From a virus (taxonomy: Duplodnaviria; Caudoviricetes): a stretch of 41,495 bases of DNA. Where the stretch lies: positions 1 to 41,495 of IMG/VR virus record IMGVR_UViG_3300022179_000816; one strand, 5' to 3'. The position numbers and the translations under genes are program-made. Shown one piece after another: positions 8,114 to 18,430 of this stretch (position 1 is its first letter; each line of letters opens with the position of its first letter). Under the pieces are notes generated by a model. The model did not search any database and was not told the DNA's origin. It saw only the letters and a list, made by a program, of their open reading frames with translations.

Positions 8114-9501
8114 TGGGGCAGGGCCTTATCTCGTTCTCGGACCGGGGTAGGTCCAACACCCTCCCCGTGCGGTTCTGGAACATGTACATGGAACCCACTC
8201 CGGAAGGACCCACCCAAAACCGCAGATATGGGCGGCCCGCCCTCAATGATTCTTTCACGGTTGGAGACGGCCCTATCCGGGCTACTTTCATCTGGCAAGG
8301 AGCGCGGATCAGCGTTTCCGGCGGCGAGGTGTACTCAAATTCGACTAAGCTAGGCGATGTTTCCGCCCTAGGGGATTGCCGGTTCGCGATCTCCGAGGAA
8401 GAATGCGTGGTAATCACGAACGACACTCCATATCTGGTGTCGATCTCTGGGCTTTCGGTTACTGAGATCGTGGACGTCGATCTTCCGTCGGCTAGGGACG
8501 TGGTTCAAATCGCCGGGCGGTTCGTTTACGTCATCGCTGATGATAGTGGGATGTATGCGTGGTCCGGCGTTAACGATGCTGCTACTATTGACGGATTAGC
8601 GTTCGCCTCGGCCGAGAGCAGCCCCGACCCGATTACGGGAGCTATAGTCTCCGGCGATAATGTCATGTTCATCGGCACCCGGTCGACGGAATGGCACTAT
8701 CCGACCGAGAGCATCGATGCCCCGTTCCAGCGTTCTCGGGGTCGCCGATACGAAAAGGGTACGACGGCTATCAATTCGATCGTCTTGGTCGACAATGCTG
8801 TCTATTTCCTAGGCCAGGATAAGATCGTCTACCGGGCCGGGGCTGTTCCTCAACGCGTTTCGGACCACGATCTTGAGGATCGGCTGCGCCCGTTGACCGG
8901 GGCCGAATTGGCGGCGGTCCGGTTTTACTATATGGTTCACGCTGGCCATACTTGGCTGGCCGTAGACATCGATGGGGTTGGGACCTGGGTCCTTGACGTC
9001 GCGTACAAGAACTGGATGCGCTGGACTTCCTACGACGGGGAGGGTTTCTCCGATAACTTTCGTATCCAATGTTCGGATGGAGTTGACGGTTCGGTGCTGG
9101 GCGATAAGAACAGCGGTACGTTGTTCCAGATGGCCACGGGCCAACATTATGATAACAACACCGACCCCATCCAGCGCATCTGTGGCGTATATGTACCCCT
9201 GACGGCGGGGACTGCCCGAAACTCCAACGTGGTGCTGCATTGTTCTCGCGGTGTGGGCAATGTTGACGCCCCCGACCCCATTGTCTATATGCGGTTCTCA
9301 GACCAGGAGGGCCTGGAGGACACGTTCTCTGAGTGGCTCCCCGGAACTTTGGGGGCGGCAGGGGACCGCACCAAGGCAGCTATGGCCCATTGGGTGGGGC
9401 TCGGCTCATTCGGTTCCCCTGGAAGGCTCTACGAATTCCGGTGTGAAGAACCCGTATTCTTCTCGCCGTTCGGGATGACCTATAATGAGTTGAACCCGTG
9501 A
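8113..9501 (+). CDS. tail hub / packaged DNA stabilization protein (P22 gp10-like)
   Basis: 462 aa beta-propeller-like; 'FASAESSPDPI', 'VYFLGQDKIVYR'; synteny. Confidence 0.8.
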   Translation: MGQGLISFSDRGRSNTLPVRFWNMYMEPTPEGPTQNRRYGRPALNDSFTVGDGPIRATFIWQGARISVSGGEVYSNSTKLGDVSALGDCRFAISEEECVVITNDTPYLVSISGLSVTEIVDVDLPSARDVVQIAGRFVYVIADDSGMYAWSGVNDAATIDGLAFASAESSPDPITGAIVSGDNVMFIGTRSTEWHYPTESIDAPFQRSRGRRYEKGTTAINSIVLVDNAVYFLGQDKIVYRAGAVPQRVSDHDLEDRLRPLTGAELAAVRFYYMVHAGHTWLAVDIDGVGTWVLDVAYKNWMRWTSYDGEGFSDNFRIQCSDGVDGSVLGDKNSGTLFQMATGQHYDNNTDPIQRICGVYVPLTAGTARNSNVVLHCSRGVGNVDAPDPIVYMRFSDQEGLEDTFSEWLPGTLGAAGDRTKAAMAHWVGLGSFGSPGRLYEFRCEEPVFFSPFGMTYNELNP

Positions 9502-11108
9502 AGCAGTTTCAGTTTGCTATACCTGATATTTCAGACCCGGTAATCGACCGGTCGACCGGGTATATGAACGACCAGTGGTATAGGTTCTTTGAAGTATTTG
9601 ATTTTCAGGCGCACGATAGCGCCGAAAGCGTTGAGACGCTTAACACTGAAAAAGCTGATAAGTCTATCGTGCTTACTGCCGGGGTCGACCTGGATGGTGG
9701 CGGCGATCTTTCGGCTCCTAGGACTTTTGACCATGCGGATACTGCAGTAACGCCTGGGACGTATGGTGACGCAACAAATGTGGGCGCGTTCACTGTCAAT
9801 CAACGCGGCCATATTACGGCTGCCTCTAACGTCCCCATCGCTCTCCCCTTTACTGATCTAACTGACGTCCCGGCGTCTTACACGGGTCACGGCGGGAAGG
9901 TCGTAAAGGTCCGGGTCGATGAGGCGGGCCTGGAATTCGTGGCCGGAGGCGCGGGTGTCACCGACTTCACCGATCTGGGCGATGTTCCTTCGAGTTATGT
10001 GGGCGAAAGTCTGAAATTAGTCCGGGTGAACGCTGGCGAGACCGGCCTAGAATTCGTGGTAGGAGGCGGCGGGGCCACCGACTTTACTGACCTAGGCGAT
10101 GTCCCCTCAAGTTATATCGGGGAAGCCCTTAAGCACGTCCGTGTAAACGCTGGCGAGACTGCTCTCGAATTCGTCGATGATGAAGGTATTACCGAACTCA
10201 CGGGCGATGTAACGGCTGGTCCTGGGCCTGGGTCTAAGGTGGCTACGATAGCGAATGACGCTGTCACTACCGTCAAGATCATCGATGATGCTGTAACTTA
10301 TGCTAAGATACAGAACGTTTCGGCCTCCGATCGGGTCTTGGGTCGCAAGACTGCGGGCGCTGGGAATATAGAAGAACTCACGGCTTCTGAGCTGCTTGAT
10401 TTCCTGGGCACAACCCATGGAGCCATCCTGTATAGGGATTCTGCTGGTTGGGCTATTTTAGGCCCTGGAACCGACGGATACGCCCTTACGACCCATGGAG
10501 CGGCGGCAGACCCTACTTGGGAGCCGGGTGGCGGCGGGGCCGCTGACTTTACTGACCTGGGCGATGTCCCCGCCAGCTATACTGGTGAGGGCTTAAAGGT
10601 CGTCCGTGTAAACGCTGGTGAGACTGGCCTGGAGTTCTTCACGCTTAGCGCGGGAGCGGTTGACTTCACCGATCTAGGCGATGTTCCCGCCAGCTATACG
10701 GGGGAAGGATATAAAGGGGTTCGGGTTAACGCGGGCGAGAGCGCTCTCGAATTCCACGAAATGAGCTACGATATCGGCATGGCTATCGGGGGTGTTCCTC
10801 GGCCTAGTCAGATCGTGGCCTATGCTCCCTGTGTCTCAGATTTTACTCTCCCCGCTAGCTTGACCGGCAGCCAAGCATATTGCTTGGTCACCCCGAGTTC
10901 TGGCACGGTGGTGTTTGATATCGAGAAGGATACGTCGCTGATCGGCACTCTCACCTTCACGTCTGGAACGGAAGAGGGTACCTTCAGCTTTACTACCGCC
11001 ACGGGCTTCATCAATACTACCCCGGTTCAGAATTTGAACCTGCGTTCGCCGTCCGACCTTAAGGGAATGTCGGACATCACTGTGGTCTTTAAAGCCCGGC
11101 TAGATTGA
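9498..11108 (+). CDS. tail fibre protein with internal repeats
   Basis: N-terminal 'WYRFF' anchor, 'TPGTYG..TVNQRGHITAA' fibre motif, five FTDLxDVP..LEF repeats, beta-sandwich C-terminus. Confidence 0.8.
   Translation: MKQFQFAIPDISDPVIDRSTGYMNDQWYRFFEVFDFQAHDSAESVETLNTEKADKSIVLTAGVDLDGGGDLSAPRTFDHADTAVTPGTYGDATNVGAFTVNQRGHITAASNVPIALPFTDLTDVPASYTGHGGKVVKVRVDEAGLEFVAGGAGVTDFTDLGDVPSSYVGESLKLVRVNAGETGLEFVVGGGGATDFTDLGDVPSSYIGEALKHVRVNAGETALEFVDDEGITELTGDVTAGPGPGSKVATIANDAVTTVKIIDDAVTYAKIQNVSASDRVLGRKTAGAGNIEELTASELLDFLGTTHGAILYRDSAGWAILGPGTDGYALTTHGAAADPTWEPGGGGAADFTDLGDVPASYTGEGLKVVRVNAGETGLEFFTLSAGAVDFTDLGDVPASYTGEGYKGVRVNAGESALEFHEMSYDIGMAIGGVPRPSQIVAYAPCVSDFTLPASLTGSQAYCLVTPSSGTVVFDIEKDTSLIGTLTFTSGTEEGTFSFTTATGFINTTPVQNLNLRSPSDLKGMSDITVVFKARLD
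9849..10754 (+). repeat. five ~30 aa repeats FTDLGDVPxSYxGExLKxVRVNAGETxLEF (3+2 arrangement)
   Basis: Directly visible in translation and DNA. Confidence 0.9.
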
Positions 11109-12376
11109 TGGCTAAGACCTTATTTGTGGGCGGAGCCCTGCTCACTGGAATGAGCTTCAGCGCTGCATCCACCACGTCCTTCTTCGAGTGCAACGGGGGC
11201 CTGCGGCAGCGTACGTCGAACGAGGCCCGTGCCCAGCTTACTATCCGCGAACCGGGGGTCTTTCGGAAGCTGCGAGTAAACGTGGCGACCAATGCTCGCA
11301 CGACGAATACGGTCATCACTTTTCGGATAAATGGCGCGGATGCGGATCAGACTGTCACATTCGGGTCTGGCGTAACTGGCTGGCAACTAGACACTACTCA
11401 CGAAGATCGTGTCGCGGCTGGCGATGTAGTGAATATGAAGCTCGTGACCGGGACCGGTTCTGGGGCTTTGGAGGTCCGCTCCGTCATCATGGAGTACGAG
11501 GCGGACAACGGCCGCATCTCCTACTTCTGCCTGAGCTTCAACGACGCTGCCGCTTGGCGCTTCGACATCGGCGCAGAGAAGGCCCCCCTGACGGGTTTCG
11601 GTTCTCCTACCCTCGCGTCCACGTCGAACGTCTCCCGTTATACTGACAACCGCACAGACTTTCGTGCGCCTTGCACTCTGTCACACGCGACGCTCAACGT
11701 CATCACCATGACGATGAACATTAACCCGGTGGTGACACTATACAAGAACGACGTCGCAACTTCGGTCACCTTCACGGTTACTGGACCCGGGTTCTACGAG
11801 GACACAGCGAACTCCTTTGACGTCGCGTCGGGAGACTATGTCTACTGGGTGATCGACACGACAGGGCGAACGTCGGGAGACATGACGACGGCCATGGCCA
11901 GCGTTCGGGCCGAGTGGCACACTACAGAATTCGACGTCATCGGCTTCATCATGATCGGCGCGAACCCATCAAACGGTAACAACGGCTGGGCCGCAGGTAC
12001 TCGATACGCTCACCCCGGCGGACGATTGTTCGCGACAGCTACCGAAGCGCCTGCGGAAATGAAGCTTCCGTTCCCGACGACGATCACCAATCTTCGGGCC
12101 GCCGCCGTCAACAATGACGCCGCTGCAGCAACCTTCCCGGCAGTCTTACGGGTTAACGGCGCAGCCGGTAATGGGGCATTGACGATCCCGAACGGGGTCG
12201 CCGCCACGGCGATAACCGTCGACACGACGAATTCCGACGACATCGCAGCCGAGGACGTAATCGACATAGAGACGGTCACTCAGAACGGCACGTCTGGTCT
12301 CTATCAGGTAGGCCTCACCTTTAACGGGATACTGGACCCTCGTAAAGATTTCCGTATCTGGTTCAGTAGGGGATAG
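11105..12376 (+). CDS. putative receptor-binding or fibre-associated protein with three tandem beta-sandwich domains
   Basis: Repeated pattern 'NG/ND...T.T...G...DT...D.VA.GD.V' three times; follows the fibre gene. Confidence 0.6.
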   Translation: MMAKTLFVGGALLTGMSFSAASTTSFFECNGGLRQRTSNEARAQLTIREPGVFRKLRVNVATNARTTNTVITFRINGADADQTVTFGSGVTGWQLDTTHEDRVAAGDVVNMKLVTGTGSGALEVRSVIMEYEADNGRISYFCLSFNDAAAWRFDIGAEKAPLTGFGSPTLASTSNVSRYTDNRTDFRAPCTLSHATLNVITMTMNINPVVTLYKNDVATSVTFTVTGPGFYEDTANSFDVASGDYVYWVIDTTGRTSGDMTTAMASVRAEWHTTEFDVIGFIMIGANPSNGNNGWAAGTRYAHPGGRLFATATEAPAEMKLPFPTTITNLRAAAVNNDAAAATFPAVLRVNGAAGNGALTIPNGVAATAITVDTTNSDDIAAEDVIDIETVTQNGTSGLYQVGLTFNGILDPRKDFRIWFSRG

Positions 12377-12379
12377 AAC

Positions 12380-13129
12380 ATGATCACCCGCACTTTTGAT
12401 GGTCGCGAACTCACGTCCATTGCGAACGACCCCCTGGTCCGCCCATTGTTAGGCGGGGAGGGCGAAGTCGATCTGGTCCCATTCGCCTCTATTCCTCGGA
12501 ATTTTGTGTTCATGCTAGAAAGGAGCATGCTCCCTGGCGGCTGGCTCCTTTCGCCGCTATATGACGGCCATTATGAAGCTCATACCGTGATGACAGTCGG
12601 GGCGAACCCACGCCAAGTGGCGAGGGGTATGAACGAAGTGATCGAGTATATGTTTCTCCGCACCGATTGTGAGACCATTCTCACTAAGGTTCCAGATAGT
12701 AATGCTGGGGCCGCATGGCTGGCTAAGTATGCGGGTTTCGAACTGGCGTTCCATCGGAATGACGCCTGGGGGCCTGAGGTGGGCATCAGTTATATGAAGC
12801 TTCCACTTGACAGGTGGGCCGCCGCATGCTCCACTGTCCTCGACGAAGGACGTAAATTCCATGAGCTACTTGAGCAGGCAAAGAATGCCATGGGCTCAGA
12901 ACTTCCGGTCCACCCGGAGGATGAAGCTCACGATCGGGCCGTTGGGGCCTGTGTCGCCATGATCAAGTCCGGAAACACTATCAAAGGCATCAACTACTAC
13001 AATAAGTGGGCGGCGTTTGCTGGCTACGGCCAGACCCAACTGTTATCCGAGCAACCGGTTGTTGTGGATATTGGAGACGCCATTTTGGGGCTGACCAATG
13101 GCGAGGTGGAGATTTTGCAATGCCGATAG
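12380..13129 (+). CDS. GNAT-like virion assembly protein (DUF2824 / P22 gp14-like)
   Basis: 'YEAHT', 'ILTKVPDSNAGA..LAKYAGF' acetyltransferase-fold pattern; position before ejection genes. Confidence 0.55.
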   Translation: MITRTFDGRELTSIANDPLVRPLLGGEGEVDLVPFASIPRNFVFMLERSMLPGGWLLSPLYDGHYEAHTVMTVGANPRQVARGMNEVIEYMFLRTDCETILTKVPDSNAGAAWLAKYAGFELAFHRNDAWGPEVGISYMKLPLDRWAAACSTVLDEGRKFHELLEQAKNAMGSELPVHPEDEAHDRAVGACVAMIKSGNTIKGINYYNKWAAFAGYGQTQLLSEQPVVVDIGDAILGLTNGEVEILQCR

Positions 13130-13737
13130 GAGCGGTCATCGGTTCTGCCGTCGTTGGTGCCGGGGCATCCGTCTATTCGGCCAAGAAGGCCAAGAAGGCG
13201 TCGAACAATGCTTTGGATCAATCGCAGGCTCAACTGGACAAGGTCTGGGGAACGGTAAATCCGTTTCTAAAGTCCGGCGAAGAAGCGCTCGGTCGCATAA
13301 GCGATCCCGCCGCCGTCAACGCAAACTTCATGGAAAGCCCTGACTATAAGTTCCGACTAGACCGGGGCCTGGACGCCGTCACCACCAACAAAGCGGTGAA
13401 CGGTCTTCTGCGCAGCGGGTCGGCTCTCAAGGCCGTCACCGGGTTTGGCCAGGACTTGGCCTCCAGTGAGTTCGGTAACTGGTGGGGACGCCAGAAGAGC
13501 CTTGCTGACCAAGGCCTCCAGGCCAGTGGCATTGGAGCGGGCCTCGCGGGTCAAGGCATCAACGCGATCCAGACCAACGCGTCGAACCAAGGCAACGCCG
13601 CCATCGCTACTGGCAACGCCATCGGTACGGGGGTCGGGTCGATCTTCGACATCATCGCCAAATACGGCGGGGGCGGCGGAGCTTCCAGCAGCCAGAGCGC
13701 CTCCTCTTATGCGCCTAACCCCTTGGTGGAGGTTTAA
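13120..13737 (+). CDS. ejection/DNA transfer protein (P22 gp7-like)
   Basis: G/A-rich; 'SPDYKFRLDRGLDAV...GLLRSGSALKA..FGQDLASSEF'; start reassigned to ATG 13120. Confidence 0.75.
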   Translation: MPIGAVIGSAVVGAGASVYSAKKAKKASNNALDQSQAQLDKVWGTVNPFLKSGEEALGRISDPAAVNANFMESPDYKFRLDRGLDAVTTNKAVNGLLRSGSALKAVTGFGQDLASSEFGNWWGRQKSLADQGLQASGIGAGLAGQGINAIQTNASNQGNAAIATGNAIGTGVGSIFDIIAKYGGGGGASSSQSASSYAPNPLVEV

Positions 13738-13739
13738 AC

Positions 13740-15533
13740 ATGGGCGGGTCCATCAATTTTGGGGCGATAGACCCGCTGTCCCCCGTAAAGGGGGCCGCCG
13801 CTGCCAACGCGCTGCTTCGCGGTATCGCGCAAGTTCGCGCTGGCCGGGCCTTGTCGGCGGGCGATCAGACCGGGGCCGTGAAGACCCTCCAGAATGCTGG
13901 GGACCTGAGTGGCGCACATGAAGTCAAGCAGCGTATGTGGGATGAAGACGATCGCGTGACCAAGATGGACGCGACGAAGCGTAAGGAAAGCGCCGAGTTC
14001 ACCATCGAGGCCACTTCCGCTCTGTATTCTCATCTGCAGAAAGCCAAGCAGGAGAACCCGGAGGGGGCGATCCAGGACACCCTGACGGCGTTTGAGCAGT
14101 TGGCTCCCATCCTTAAGAGCCGGGGTGCTTCTGACGATGACATCGTGATGTTCCGGACCCAACTGTCCCAGGACCCGGAACGCTTCCTGACGATGCTTCA
14201 TGACGAAGCATCCAGCCACCTCAAGACCCACGTCCTGTCGCCGGGCCAGGAACTTACCCGCGCCGATGGGGAGGTTCTCCATTCGGTTGCCCCGAAGAAG
14301 GAGTTCAAAATCCTCCGGGCGGGTGATGGGTCCCAGAAGCTTATCGAAGTGGGCGGCCCTGAAGACATCGCCGGGGCGGACACTGTTATGGCCTCTGAAG
14401 AGGTTCAAACCCAGGCTCCCGGCCCCACCAACTCGGCTGCGGATTTCGACGTCTTGGGCGACCTGATCGAGGCGGGGGCTAAGATCACCAGCGGCATGCG
14501 GACCCCGGAAGATAATGTCCGTGTGGGAGGGGTCACGAACTCTCTACATATGCAGGACAAGGCCCGCGATCTGGTCCCCCCGGAAGGGATGACTATGGCG
14601 CAACTGGCCGAGCAGGTCAGGCAGCGGATGCCCCATGCCGATGTTATCGATGAAGGTGATCACGTCCACGTGGAGTTGGACGGGAAGCCTCGGGGTGGCA
14701 TGAATGTAATGGCTGGGGGCTCGGGTCAAGATACCGTAAGGCCTGCAACTGGAGCCAGGGTCGTAGCGGAAACCGCCGCCAAGCCGGTAGCCAATTGGGT
14801 GACCGTCACCGCAGGTCCCAACGATCCGAACTTCCGCCCCGGCACCACCTACCAGCGTAACCCGGTCACGGGCGAGGTGAAGGTGAAGCAGGCCCCGCCC
14901 ACTGCCGCTAAGACCGCAACTTCCGGCGGGGCCGTCAAAATCCCCGCGTCCCAGGAGGCCGAACTCGCCAAGCTGCGCAAGTCGGTGAACGAAGTCCAGG
15001 GCATGTCCGGTCTGGTCGATCAATTCGTCGCGTTGAACAAGAGCGTGAACACTGGTGGATCGATGGCCCTTCCGGGCGTTGGCGAAGTCCTGGGGGCCGT
15101 TAACCCGAACGTGGCCCGGATGCGCTCCATCGCCAGCCAAATCACGCCCGCGATGCGGAACGGTCTCCCTGGCGCGGCGTCCGATAAGGACGTGGCAATG
15201 TTCAAGAGCGCGACAGTGGGGATCGATAAGCCCTATGCTGCCAACGTCGCTACCGCCAAGGCGGCCAAAGCATTCGCTGCTCGCCAAGGAGATTACGTCT
15301 CCTTCCTTGAGGCCTACGCCAGGGAGAATGGGACCATCAACGGGTCCTCGGAACTCTGGAAAAATTACGTCGACGCCAACCCTCTGTTCTCCGAGGGCGG
15401 GGCCGATGGGATGCTGGCGATCCGGAAGATCGTCCCATGGCGTCAGGCCATCAAGATGGGTGGAGCCAAGCCCGCAGCTTCCGGAGAGCCTAAGGTTCGT
15501 AGGTATAACCGCGAAACGGGGACCTTTGAATAA
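13740..15533 (+). CDS. internal virion/ejection protein with an embedded M15-type (D-Ala-D-Ala carboxypeptidase-like) peptidase domain
   Basis: 'ITSGMRTPEDN..VGG..NSLH....ARD' and 'HVHVE' zinc-ligand motifs. Confidence 0.75.
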   Translation: MGGSINFGAIDPLSPVKGAAAANALLRGIAQVRAGRALSAGDQTGAVKTLQNAGDLSGAHEVKQRMWDEDDRVTKMDATKRKESAEFTIEATSALYSHLQKAKQENPEGAIQDTLTAFEQLAPILKSRGASDDDIVMFRTQLSQDPERFLTMLHDEASSHLKTHVLSPGQELTRADGEVLHSVAPKKEFKILRAGDGSQKLIEVGGPEDIAGADTVMASEEVQTQAPGPTNSAADFDVLGDLIEAGAKITSGMRTPEDNVRVGGVTNSLHMQDKARDLVPPEGMTMAQLAEQVRQRMPHADVIDEGDHVHVELDGKPRGGMNVMAGGSGQDTVRPATGARVVAETAAKPVANWVTVTAGPNDPNFRPGTTYQRNPVTGEVKVKQAPPTAAKTATSGGAVKIPASQEAELAKLRKSVNEVQGMSGLVDQFVALNKSVNTGGSMALPGVGEVLGAVNPNVARMRSIASQITPAMRNGLPGAASDKDVAMFKSATVGIDKPYAANVATAKAAKAFAARQGDYVSFLEAYARENGTINGSSELWKNYVDANPLFSEGGADGMLAIRKIVPWRQAIKMGGAKPAASGEPKVRRYNRETGTFE

Positions 15534-17365
15534 TGGCCCAGCGCGTCCAAATCGATGACGAAATCCTCGAATTCCCGGATGACATGACCGATGATGAAAT
15601 TCGAGTGGTCATCGATAAACAATATGCCCCCACCAAGCCTAAGGCGGCCACGAAAAAGGCCGCCACGCCAACTCAGCAGTTGGCCTTCGATCGGTACAAG
15701 CAATCTGCCGACTACGATGAAGCTGCTGAGGAAGGCACCCCCGCCAACCCTATTCTCAAGGCCCCCGGGCAAACAATACCAGTAGGGAAGGCCTATATCA
15801 GCGAAGACGGCGAGGTGGTGTCCAGCAACAAGGGCACTGCCGACCAGGGTTTGGGCTTTATGGAGGGGCTGAAAAGGCCCCTTGACAACGCCGCCCTGTG
15901 GTTGGATAAGATCGCTCCGGGGGTGAGCGAGTTCGGTGAGAAGCTGGGGATGGCTTCTCCCGAACAAGCGGCGGCAGCTACGCAGTCGGACGTGGAAGCT
16001 GCCGCCGCTCAGGGGCGTCGCCCCGGTGTGATGGGCCAGATCGCCGGTAGCACGATTTCCGCTGCCCCGGTGTTGATGGCTACCCGAAACCCTTGGCTGG
16101 TCGGCGCGGGGTCTGGTGCCCTGGCTACCAAGAACCCCGAGAGCGCTCGTTCCGTGGCCGTGGATGCTGGCCTTGGCGCTGCGGGCGGCAAGATTGGCGA
16201 CACTGCGATGCGGGCCGTGGGTGGCATCGTCGCCCCTCGCCTTAATCCCCTAGTCGAGAAGCTCCTGGGCGAGGGAGTTGAACTCACCCCTGGTCAAATC
16301 CTTGGAGGTGTGACCCACCGAGCAGAAGACGCTATCCGCTCGATCTACGGGGTCGGGGATATGGTGATCGGCGCTCAGAACAGGGGCCGCGCGTCCCTGA
16401 ACAGGGCAGCGGTTCAACGTACCCTGGAGCCGCTGGGTATTAAAATTCCTAAGAATATTCCCGAGGGCCATGCTCAGGTTAAGTTCGCCCAAGAAACTTT
16501 GTCCAACAGCTACGACAAAGTTCTCGCCGGGGTGGCCCCGAAGCTGGACCAAACATTCGGGGCGAATGTGGCCCAACTGCGGCGCATGTCGCAATCCCTG
16601 CCCAAGGATCAGCGCCACGTATTCGAGTCGTTCATTCAAGGCGAACTACGCGAGGCCTTTAATCCTCAGAATGGAGCGATCACGGGCCGCCAGCTTAAGC
16701 AGGTCGATGAAATTCTTGGCCAGAAGATCAGGAATTTCTCGTCTAGCTCCAATCCTCATGACCGGGACATGGCGCGGGGCTTCATGGAACTGCAAGCTGA
16801 ACTTCGCGACCTGATCGGCCGCCAATATCCTCAGCATGCCAAGACCATCGACGCCCTGAACCAAGGATGGGCCTCTCTCATTCGGGTTGAAACGGCTGCA
16901 GCCCCTGCTAAAGGCGGGGTGTTCACCGAGGAAGCCCTGCGGACCGCTACCCGGCAGGCCGACAAGAGCATGCGCCACCGCACTTCGGCTCGCGGAGAGG
17001 CGAAGATGCAAGACTTGGCCGACGCCGCCTCCCAGGTCATGAGCCCGACGATGGGCGACAGCGGAACTCCCGCGCGGGCCTTGGCAACCGGCCTAGTCGG
17101 TACTGCTCTATTCGGTCTTCCGAGCAAAGGCCTCAGCGTCAATCCTTGGGCTGCGTCGGCCCTGGCGGCGATGGCCGCCCCCTATGCTAATCGCTTCACT
17201 GGCAAGGTCGCCAGGGCCGCGATCGCCTCTCGTCCGAAGTCGGCCCCAGCGGCTCGGCGAGCTATTGTTAGTGCATCACCGGTTGCGGCTATCGCGGCTG
17301 GTCAAGAACCCGCCCGACGGAAACCCGCGCCGAACCGAGCAAGCTTGCCGCGTAAGGCTAAGTAG
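15533..17365 (+). CDS. large internal virion/ejection protein
   Basis: 610 aa Ala/Gly-rich; 'LTPGQILG', 'DSGTPAR' patterns; synteny. Confidence 0.65.
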   Translation: MAQRVQIDDEILEFPDDMTDDEIRVVIDKQYAPTKPKAATKKAATPTQQLAFDRYKQSADYDEAAEEGTPANPILKAPGQTIPVGKAYISEDGEVVSSNKGTADQGLGFMEGLKRPLDNAALWLDKIAPGVSEFGEKLGMASPEQAAAATQSDVEAAAAQGRRPGVMGQIAGSTISAAPVLMATRNPWLVGAGSGALATKNPESARSVAVDAGLGAAGGKIGDTAMRAVGGIVAPRLNPLVEKLLGEGVELTPGQILGGVTHRAEDAIRSIYGVGDMVIGAQNRGRASLNRAAVQRTLEPLGIKIPKNIPEGHAQVKFAQETLSNSYDKVLAGVAPKLDQTFGANVAQLRRMSQSLPKDQRHVFESFIQGELREAFNPQNGAITGRQLKQVDEILGQKIRNFSSSSNPHDRDMARGFMELQAELRDLIGRQYPQHAKTIDALNQGWASLIRVETAAAPAKGGVFTEEALRTATRQADKSMRHRTSARGEAKMQDLADAASQVMSPTMGDSGTPARALATGLVGTALFGLPSKGLSVNPWAASALAAMAAPYANRFTGKVARAAIASRPKSAPAARRAIVSASPVAAIAAGQEPARRKPAPNRASLPRKAK

Positions 17366-17388
17366 AGTAGTTTCAGTGGGGTGGGGGA

Positions 17389-17739
17389 GTGAAGAAAAGG
17401 TTCAACATCTTGTCCCTTATCACCGGAGACGACGAAATGCCCGCTGCCCCTCGTGAACGCCGTACCTTTGAGGACCCTCAGGTTACGGCTATAAATGCCC
17501 ATGCGGCAGCGAATGAGCGGTTGGCCCTCGCCATCGAGAACTTCACCACCGAGATCAAGCCCGGCATCGAGGCGGTGTCCGGCCTGTTCAACGGTATGAA
17601 AGCCATCGGAGATTTCTTCGTCCGCCGCAGGGTCATGATCCTCGGTTCGATCCCGCTGGTTCTCAGCCTGATCGGAGGCATCAGCCCGAACGTGGCTAAG
17701 ATCATCAATAGTATCCTGGCCTATTGGGGCGTGATATGA
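17389..17739 (+). CDS. putative holin
   Basis: C-terminal hydrophobic segments; directly upstream of and overlapping the endolysin. Confidence 0.5.
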   Translation: MKKRFNILSLITGDDEMPAAPRERRTFEDPQVTAINAHAAANERLALAIENFTTEIKPGIEAVSGLFNGMKAIGDFFVRRRVMILGSIPLVLSLIGGISPNVAKIINSILAYWGVI

Positions 17740-18170
17740 CGTTCTACTTTTCGATGAAGTCTCGGCATGCGCTTCGAGGCGTCCATCCGAAGCTGGTCGC
17801 TGTCGTGGAACGGGCTTTAACCCTGAGCGACGTGGACTTTAGGGTCATCGAAGGTGTCCGCACTCCCACCCGCCAAAAGGAGCTATACGCCCAGGGCCGC
17901 ACTAAGCCAGGGAACATCGTCACATGGACCCTGAACAGCAACCACTTTGTAAACCCGGAGACGGGCTTTGGCCATGCGGTGGACCTGCTTCCCGCGCCCT
18001 ATGACTGGAAGAACCCGAAAGACTTCGATACTATGGCGCGAGCCATGTTCGAGGCGTCCGCCGAACTGAATACCCCGATCCGATGGGGCGCGGATTGGGA
18101 TAGGGACGGCAAGCCGCGCGAGCGCGGTGAAAGCGATAGCCCTCACTTTGAACTGTGGAACGTAACATGA
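17736..18170 (+). CDS. endolysin, M15 family L-Ala-D-Glu peptidase-like
   Basis: 'RTPTRQKELYAQGRT', 'SNH..GHAVD', 'WGADW', 'DSPHFE'. Confidence 0.88.
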   Translation: MTFYFSMKSRHALRGVHPKLVAVVERALTLSDVDFRVIEGVRTPTRQKELYAQGRTKPGNIVTWTLNSNHFVNPETGFGHAVDLLPAPYDWKNPKDFDTMARAMFEASAELNTPIRWGADWDRDGKPRERGESDSPHFELWNVT

Positions 18171-18430
18171 GAGCGAAAACTTTTATCCTGCGATCGGCGT
18201 CCATCCTTCTGATGGCTGTCGCACTTTCGGCCTGTGGGACCACGGGCCAACAAGTTCTGACGAACGTGCAGAACTGCAACCGAGACTATAATGGCGTCGT
18301 CACCGGTGGAATTACCGGTGGTTCGTTCAGCGGCTCGGTGGCCATCAAATGCCGTCCGCTCGGTGAACTATCCGAGCCCGGCACCGAACTCCCCGACGCA
18401 GCTTCCCTCGAAGACGTTCCAGAATCCTGA
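18167..18430 (+). CDS. lipoprotein (possible o-spanin-like)
   Basis: Signal peptide with lipobox LSA-C; overlaps the endolysin stop. Confidence 0.6.
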   Translation: MRAKTFILRSASILLMAVALSACGTTGQQVLTNVQNCNRDYNGVVTGGITGGSFSGSVAIKCRPLGELSEPGTELPDAASLEDVPES

